The position numbers and the translations under genes were made by a program. The notes under the pieces were generated by a model. That model did no database searches. It was not told the DNA's origin and was given only the letters and a program-made list of their open reading frames with translations. 36,821 nucleotides of DNA from an uncultured Bacteroidales bacterium (GTDB lineage Bacteria; Bacteroidota; Bacteroidia; Bacteroidales; VadinHA17), in contig CAVVGP010000154.1 of NCBI GenBank assembly GCA_963747625.1, positions 1 to 36,821 of the forward strand, given 5' to 3'. How positions within the stretch are numbered: the stretch's first letter is position 1; each line of letters starts with the position of its first letter. Shown here one piece after another: positions 30,447 to 36,821 of the stretch.

Positions 30447-31747
30447 ATGCATGGGAAAATAATAAATGCCTCTTTTGATGCACTTGTTATTGGTGGAGGA
30501 ATTGCGGGTGGAGAAGCAGCATTAAATTTAGCCAATAACGGATTTAAGGTATTAATAGTTGAAAAAGATCTTTCCATTGGTGGTAAGATGATTTTGCTAA
30601 GCAAAGTATTCCCTACTCTCGATTGTTCTGCATGCATAACCACACCAAAGGTATCAGAGATCTCAAGGCACCCCGGAATTACAATTTTTACAGGTAGTGA
30701 AGTAAAATCTGTCAGCAGGAAATCTGAAATCATCTTCGAAGCCAGGGTAATTAAAACACCCGGTATATAATAGATGAAGATTGTACTGGCTGTCAGTTAT
30801 GCGAACAGGCTTGTCCGGTTCTTGTTCATGACCAGTTCCAGTATAACCTCGTTGGACGTAAAGCAGCATTTATTCCTTTCAGCATTGCAAGTCCTAGAGT
30901 GGCTGCTATTGATATTGAGAACTGTACCTTGTGCGGAGCTTGTGAAAAAGTTTGTCCGACAAAATGCATCGACTTTACCCAGGAAGTAGAAGAATATCAT
31001 ATTGAGGTCAATACGGTTATCATTGCCACAGGATTTAAACTTTTCGATCCGCTGATGATCCCTCGCTATGGGTATGGAACTCTATAAAAATATAATTACT
31101 TCCATGCAAATGGAAAGGCAACTTGCCCCTACCCGGCCATTTAATACAATTCTCAGACCCGGGACGGAAAAGTTCCCGACAGAATTGCTTACGTTCTTTG
31201 CACCGGTTCAAGAGATATTACGATAGGTAATCCTATATGCTCACAGATATGCTGTATGTATTCAATTAAACAGGCACAGTTACTGATGGGAGCTCTGCCT
31301 ATGGCCGATGTTACTATTTACTACATTAACATCAGGTCATTTGGCAAGGGATTTGAAGAATTTTATGACCAGGCAAAAGGTATGGGAGTAAACTTTGTTA
31401 AAGGTAAAATCGGGAAAATCACTGAGAATGAGAACGGCAACCTGAAATTAAGATACGAAGATATTAATGAGAATGTTGTAAAGGAAAATGAGCACGACCT
31501 TGTGGTACTTTCGGTCGGTGTACTTCCAAATACCGACAGTAAAGCTTTTTTCCCTGATGAGAACCTGAAACTCGATCCTTTCAATTTTGTGGACCAGTCT
31601 GATCCTTTGGCAAGTCCTTCAAAAACAAGCATTGAAGGAGTTTTTGTTGCAGGTACAGCTACCGGTCCAATGGATATTCCTGACTCAATTCTTTCAGCAG
31701 GAGCTTCATCAGCGGAAGCAATAAGTTATCTAAACCGCAAATTATGA
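30447..31747 (+). CDS. hdrA: HdrA-like flavoprotein 1 (core plus inserted ferredoxin), frameshifted
   Basis: GGGIAG, VFPTLDCSACITTPK, CTGCQLCEQACP, CTLCGACEKVCP, CTGSRD..CSQICCMYSIKQ and GVFVAGTATGPMDIP. Confidence 0.88.
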
Positions 31748-33671
31748 ACAAAAAAATTGGAGTATATATTTGCCATTGTGGTGGTAATATATCAGATTAT
31801 GTTGATGTTGAAAAGGTAAGAAAATCCATTGAGGTAGAAGACGGCGTTTTCCTTACAAAAACTACCATGTTTGCCTGCGGAGATGCCAATCAGAAAGAGA
31901 TGGTCGATGATATTAAAAGAAATGGCCTCAATGGCGTGGTAGTTGCTTCATGTTCTCCAAAATTACACCTGTTAACTTTCAGGGCTGTGACAGAGAGAGC
32001 CGGACTGAACAAATACAATTATGTCCATGCAAATATCAGGGAACAGGCTTCATGGGCACATTCCGACGATAAATCCGGAGCAACTGAAACAGCAATTCAC
32101 CTGGTAAAGGCTGCAATAGCAAAAGTACGCCTCTCTGAACCTCTTTACCCTATTATAATAAATTCAAAAAAAGCTGCCGCCGTAATCGGCGGAGGTATAG
32201 CAGGAATGAGAGCAGCTATAGAATTAGCTGACATGGGATGCCCTGTGACACTCATTGAAAGAGAACATTTTATTGGGGGAAGAGTCGCTCAGTGGGACGT
32301 CCTGTTTACCACTAACGAAACCGGCAAAGAAGTGGTGACCAAACTATACAATGAAGTTATAAAACATGATAACATAAGATTGCTCACAGGTGCGGAGGTG
32401 ATATCCAGTTCAGGAAGTATTGGCGATTTCAAAATGAAAATTAAGGTTACGCCCCGGTACATTAAAGAAAAATGTGATCAGGGACATCTGTTAAAAGCTA
32501 TTGCTATATGCCCTGTAGATGTACCTGATGATTTCAACTTCAATATTACCATCAGAAAAGCCATTTATCATAATTTTCCAAGTGAATATCCACAAACACC
32601 CGTTATCGATATAAAAAACTGTACCCGCTGCGGAGAATGCGAAAAGATATGCCCAAGCGTTGATTTTTCACAACAGGAAGAGATAATTGAAATAAACGTA
32701 GGCACAGTACTGATGGCAACCGGATTCGATTCCTATACTCCCGCTACCGGAGAATTTGGATATAACCAGTTAGAAAATGTAATAACCCTTCCACAATTCA
32801 AAAGAATTATTGACCTGAATGACAAAAAAATAGTATACAGAGGAAAAGAAATAAGGAATATTGCATACATCTACTGCGTCGGAAGCCGCCAGATTGAAGG
32901 TGACAATAAATATTGCTCCCGATATTGCTGCACTTCAGTTATTTATGCAGCAATGCAGGCAAAGAAAAAATTTAATGGAATTAATAATTTCCATTTTACC
33001 CGGGGGATACGGACATATGGTAAACAGGAGGTATTGTACGCGGAATCACTTAAAGGAGGCGATATTTTCCTTCAATCCTATGAAGATGCCCCTCCTGTGG
33101 TTGAACAAAGTAATGATAAAATAAATATCAGAATAAATGATATTCTGACCGCCAAAAAAGAAATGTCTGTGGAGGCTGACCTTGTTGTACTCGTCACAGG
33201 AATGGTCCCCAGGGCTGATAATTCGGTGGCTTCGTTATTTAAACTTCCTAAAGGACGCGACAAGTTTTTTAATGAGATCCAATGAAGCTGCGTCCTGTAG
33301 AAACAGTAATTGACGGGATAACTATTTGTGGGGCATGCCAGGGCCCTAAAAATATAATGGAATCGGTCAATTCAGCTTTATCTGCCGCTACAAAATCTTA
33401 TTCATATGTAAGCAAAGGTGAACTCGAACTTGAACCCATTATTGCAAAGATTGAAAAGGAACTGTGTGTATGGTGTGGAGCTTGCGCAGAAGCATGCCCC
33501 TTCGATGCCATAAAAATGGTAAAGGATGAGAAAAAGGATGTTGCGGCGATTAATCTTTCGGTTTGCAAAGGATGTGGTATGTGCTTGCCTGTGTGCCCTG
33601 CCAATGCTATAAACTTGACTGCCTACTCAGACAAGGAGATAGAAAGTATGATTGATGCACTGGCGGGATGA
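31744..33671 (+). CDS. hdrA: HdrA/QmoB-like flavoprotein 2 (~640 aa), one frameshift near 33283
   Basis: GVYICHCGGNI, SCSPKLH, ANIREQ, GGGIAG, CTRCGECEKIC, CVGSR..YCSRYCC, KLRPVET, CVWCGACAEACP and CKGCGMCLPVCP. Confidence 0.88.
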
Positions 33672-33815
33672 CCCCTGCCGCTGTGCGGCCTTCCCCCTAA
33701 ACGGGGACTAATTCGGTGTCCATGATGAATTTATTGAAATTCTGAGAATGAGCCCCACTTCTTAGCCTTCGCGAAGCCGCTACGGCAAAGCAAGTTAGGG
33801 GGGTGGGCAAAAGGG
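33672..33815. repeat. GC-rich hairpin (REP-like) element inside the operon
   Basis: gccgc-tgt-gcggc; cccc-ctaaac-gggg; gccccact...gtgggc enclosing gccttcgcgaagccgctacggcaaagc. Confidence 0.55.
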
Positions 33816-33849
33816 CAGAGACAAAAGTTTATTTTAAAAAACTGAACAT

Positions 33850-34128
33850 ATGGAAATAGAAAAAGGTAAAACATATAAATACCTGAGAGAGAAAAGAGAA
33901 GTTTCTCAAGCTGCAAAAGATAACCTGAAACAATTCAGCAGAATTAAGAAATTAATTCTTGATGCTCTTCAGGAAAGTGATTTAACAATTGATCAAATAG
34001 CACAAAAACTCAATATGCCAAAAGAGGAGGTCGTTTATTACCTTATGTCGCTTGTAAAATATGGTTATGTTCTAACTGGCGAAGTTGATGATATGGATGC
34101 ATATTTTTCTTATAAATTAAAAAAATAA
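33850..34128 (+). CDS. Small winged-helix protein
   Basis: ILDALQESDLTIDQIAQKLNMPKEEVVYYLMSLVKYGYV; TAATG overlap with the next gene. Confidence 0.75.
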   Translation: MEIEKGKTYKYLREKREVSQAAKDNLKQFSRIKKLILDALQESDLTIDQIAQKLNMPKEEVVYYLMSLVKYGYVLTGEVDDMDAYFSYKLKK

Positions 34129-35174
34129 TGGCTGCGATTAATCCTGAATTCGGAAAAGAATTAAAGAAATATGGAGCATTCGATTTTAACGCATGCTATA
34201 ACTGTGGAAACTGTACTGCCGTCTGCTCATTATCAACAGAAGAAGATTCCTTCCCGAGAGAAATGGTACGGTTCAGTGTATTAGGAATGGAAGATGATAT
34301 CAGATCTTCGCTCAAGCCATGGTTATGCTATTATTGCGGCGAATGCAGTACACATTGCCCTCAGGAAGCAAACCCTGGAGAATTAATGATGTCGCTTAGA
34401 AGATGGCTTACATCGGAATATGACTGGACAAAACTATCGGGTTTATTATACAAATCGCTTCCACTTACCATAACAGGTTTTATAATTGCAGCAATAAGCG
34501 TCTTAATATTCGGTGCTTTGGAAAATTTTAATCTGCAATCCATAATGCACATCGGACATGTTTTTGAAATAATAGCTATTGCTGCTGTTTTTGGATTTAT
34601 CCTGCTTCCAAATATTATTAGAATGTGGTGGCTGATTATCGTGAAACCCAAAATTAAGGTTCCTGTTATTAAATATCTTACCGGATTCGGCGACTTAATT
34701 GTGCATATGTTTACACAAAAAAGATCGTTAGGCTGCGATGATAATCAGTTAAGATGGTTTGAACACTTTATTATCGTAATCGGGTATCTCGGACTTTTAT
34801 CTACCACCGTTTTCCTGGACTGGTTTTCCAATGACAGCCTTTTCGTTATAGTGCTTGGATATATAATGAGCATAGTAATATTTATTGTAACTATTGATTT
34901 TATGTGGGACCGTGTTAAAAAGCAGAAAGAGATGAGCAAATTTTCACAGCCCTCCGACTGGATGTTTGTTGTATGGTTGTTTTTAATGGGACTGACTGCT
35001 TTCATTGTCCGCATTTTCATTGATATCGGCCTGATCGAAAAAAATATATGGTTGTACCTCATCCACCTGATAATTCTTGTTCAATGGGCATTAATAATTG
35101 TACCATTCGGTAAATGGACTCACTTTCTGTATCGCTCATTTGCTATGTATTTTGCTAAAATAAAAGCCAGTTAG
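34128..35174 (+). CDS. QmoC-like protein (HdrC-type 2x[4Fe-4S] + HdrE-type membrane domain)
   Basis: CYNCGNCTAVC and WLCYYCGECSTHCP, then about 6 TM helices with His residues (WFEHF, YLIHL, PFGKWTHFLYR). Confidence 0.82.
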   Translation: MAAINPEFGKELKKYGAFDFNACYNCGNCTAVCSLSTEEDSFPREMVRFSVLGMEDDIRSSLKPWLCYYCGECSTHCPQEANPGELMMSLRRWLTSEYDWTKLSGLLYKSLPLTITGFIIAAISVLIFGALENFNLQSIMHIGHVFEIIAIAAVFGFILLPNIIRMWWLIIVKPKIKVPVIKYLTGFGDLIVHMFTQKRSLGCDDNQLRWFEHFIIVIGYLGLLSTTVFLDWFSNDSLFVIVLGYIMSIVIFIVTIDFMWDRVKKQKEMSKFSQPSDWMFVVWLFLMGLTAFIVRIFIDIGLIEKNIWLYLIHLIILVQWALIIVPFGKWTHFLYRSFAMYFAKIKAS

Positions 35175-35243
35175 CAGGCCATTATCAAATTCCAGTTTCA
35201 TCTGCCCGCAGCAAAATATAAAAAGTTAAAAATCTGAAATATA

Positions 35244-35291
35244 TTTGGATAATGAACATATGTTCATTACATTTGTATCGAACATATGCTC
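35244..35291 (+). promoter_or_regulatory. Promoter (-33 TTTG, -7 TACATTTG) overlapped by a perfect 20-bp palindromic operator, plus a second degenerate copy
   Basis: TTTG at 35244-35247; TAATGAACATATGTTCATTA at 35250-35269; TACATTTG at 35268-35275; GAACATATGCTC at 35280-35291. Confidence 0.75.
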
Positions 35292-35882
35292 TTAATTATG
35301 TCGCCTCGCCCTTCACGCTTAAGAAAAATCAGCAACCCTCCTGTTATTTCAGGGTTTAAGCCATATGGAAATAAGAATCAAGGCAGGAAAGTTGAAGCCG
35401 TGTTTCTTCACTTTGAAGAATATGAAGCATTGCGTCTTTGCGATTACAAAATGTTAAATCATAATCAGGCCTCTGCTATTATGAATGTTTCAAGACCTAC
35501 GCTGACAAGAATTTACGCGAGGGCAAGACAAAAAATTGCGGAGGCCCTTGTAAAAGGAAGTCAGATCAGCATTGAAGGTGGAAAAATATATTTTGACAGT
35601 GAATGGTTTTCCTGTTCAAAATGCGGTTGTTATTTCAATAATCCTGAAAAACAAATCGAAATAAAAGAGTGCCCGCTGTGTAAAAGCACAAGCTTTTCAA
35701 GTTTTGCGGAAAAGAATATTGAAGAGGAAGATGCAGTTAACCGGTTCAATGAAACATGCCTCTGCCCTGCATGTGGTTTTGAACAACCGCAAAAGTCCGG
35801 ATATCCTTGTAAAGAAGAAATTTGCCCGTTATGCGGTACAAAAATGGTAAAATTGGGAATTCCACATAACCGAAATTTCTGA
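35286..35882 (+). CDS. DUF134 (UPF0251) HTH protein with C-terminal CxxC ribbons (probable start 35298, MSPRP)
   Basis: PRP..R, EEYEALRLCDY and MNVSRPTLTRIYARARQKIAEALV..IEGG; four CxxC pairs. Confidence 0.87.
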   Translation: MLLIMSPRPSRLRKISNPPVISGFKPYGNKNQGRKVEAVFLHFEEYEALRLCDYKMLNHNQASAIMNVSRPTLTRIYARARQKIAEALVKGSQISIEGGKIYFDSEWFSCSKCGCYFNNPEKQIEIKECPLCKSTSFSSFAEKNIEEEDAVNRFNETCLCPACGFEQPQKSGYPCKEEICPLCGTKMVKLGIPHNRNF

Positions 35883-35891
35883 TCTGACATT

Positions 35892-36209
35892 ATGAAAGCA
35901 GCAATCACTAGTACCGGTAACAGTCTGGAAAGCAAATTAGATGAACGTTTTGGGCGTTGTGGATTCTTTGTAATTTACGATACAGAAACAAAAGGGATGG
36001 AATTCATTCCCAACCCGAATAAAAATGCACAGGAAAGTGCAGGCCCTCTTTCAGTACAACTCATCGCATCGCGGAAGGTTCAGAAAATAATATCAGGGGA
36101 ATTCGGGATTAAAATTAAATCATTGCTCGACAGCCTTAAAATCCAGATGATTGTATATAAGGAACCTGAAAAGACAATAAGGGAGATTATCAATATGTTA
36201 GACAATTAA
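35892..36209 (+). CDS. NifB/NifX (dinitrogenase FeMo-co biosynthesis domain) family protein
   Basis: LDERFGRCGFFVIYD..NPN..AG..IISGEFG. Confidence 0.87.
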   Translation: MKAAITSTGNSLESKLDERFGRCGFFVIYDTETKGMEFIPNPNKNAQESAGPLSVQLIASRKVQKIISGEFGIKIKSLLDSLKIQMIVYKEPEKTIREIINMLDN

Positions 36210-36221
36210 ACTTAACAGATA

Positions 36222-36404
36222 ATGGCACAGATGAATGGAACAGGACCTGAAGGGAAAGGCTCCAAAACAGGTCGCGGACTTGGAAAATGCAAAAAAAATA
36301 CTCCGGAGGAACTGATTTCCAGGCTTGGAAAAGGACAGGGGAAACGCCGTAATGTCGGAGGAGGAACAGGAAAAGGGAAACGATTAAAAAGCAGTGAAGT
36401 TTGA
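36222..36404 (+). CDS. DUF5320-like small Gly/Arg-rich protein
   Basis: GTGPEGKGSKTGRGLGKC. Confidence 0.75.
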   Translation: MAQMNGTGPEGKGSKTGRGLGKCKKNTPEELISRLGKGQGKRRNVGGGTGKGKRLKSSEV

Positions 36405-36534
36405 TCTAATTATTTTAGGGAAATGTAACGCTTTTAAAAAACCTTTAAAAATTCTGAGTGAACTGATAAATAATCTTTTGAATGATTCTCAGATTGCCTG
36501 AATAAATTATTTTAATCATTAATCTTTTTATTAA

Positions 36535-36821
36535 ATGGTATCAGATCACCGTTGTTTTTTTTGTTTCACAAGGGCATTTGAAAAACTGCTTGAGAAAGCA
36601 GATATTTCAGTTGAAGCAAAGAATTCTTTCACCCTTGAGATGGTCAATATTTATCGGAATAAATGGAATGAGCTTATGTCACCTGAATTTTCCCGGGAAC
36701 TACATATAATTCTGAGAAACTATACCAATAATCCTGATCCATACCGGCAGGAAAAGAAGTATAATAATGATCAGGCTCTCGCCATGCTTCCAGGCTTAGA
36801 AAAAGAGGTAAAGCTATCAGC
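36535..36821 (+). CDS. DUF89/ARMT1-like damage-control phosphatase, 3' partial (missing from the ORF track)
   Basis: MVSDHRCFFCFTRAFEKLL...SPEFSRELH...NPDPYRQEKKYNNDQAL, open to the window end. Confidence 0.78.
   Translation, partial: MVSDHRCFFCFTRAFEKLLEKADISVEAKNSFTLEMVNIYRNKWNELMSPEFSRELHIILRNYTNNPDPYRQEKKYNNDQALAMLPGLEKEVKLS

Noticed and set aside
28677-35174. Canonical sHdr sulfur oxidation or dissimilatory sulfate reduction (QmoABC-AprAB) locus
   Set aside because: No shdrB/C pairs, lbpA, sat, aprAB or dsrAB in the window, and the HdrA architecture differs. Such genes elsewhere in the genome cannot be excluded.
35892-36209. Nitrogen fixation signal from the NifB/NifX domain
   Set aside because: The stand-alone domain is common in non-diazotrophs, and nifHDK is absent from the window.

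Overview
AT-rich bacterial window, most likely from an anaerobic Bacteroidota (Bacteroidales-like) genome, inferred from repeated TAnnTTTG promoter boxes and the gene content. It opens with housekeeping genes (M3 peptidase dcp, purL). From about 7.3 kb onward it is an extended sulfur/redox island with these modules: (i) a minus-strand hdrC-hdrB-short hdrA-hdrC-like-hdrF-like operon; (ii) a psr/phsABC molybdoenzyme operon with two YeeE/YedE genes and a rhodanese-fold protein whose only Cys is a C-terminal GGC tail; (iii) a SufS-like PLP enzyme; (iv) a CX6C thioredoxin-like/TrxR/type VI SQR/thioredoxin cluster; (v) OsmC, DUF1847 and a Crp/Fnr regulator; (vi) a plus-strand dsrE-dsrE-tusA-mvhD-hdrA-hdrA-wHTH-qmoC-like operon, with no apr/dsr/hdrB gene beside it; (vii) a DUF134-NifX-DUF5320-DUF89 operon preceded by a perfect 20-bp palindrome. 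Many genes are broken by small indels in patches, including housekeeping purL, most likely long-read consensus errors. Intergenic DNA carries a ~510-bp MITE-like element with nested hairpins and several short-period repeat arrays. All family calls come from motif recognition by eye; no database searches were run.
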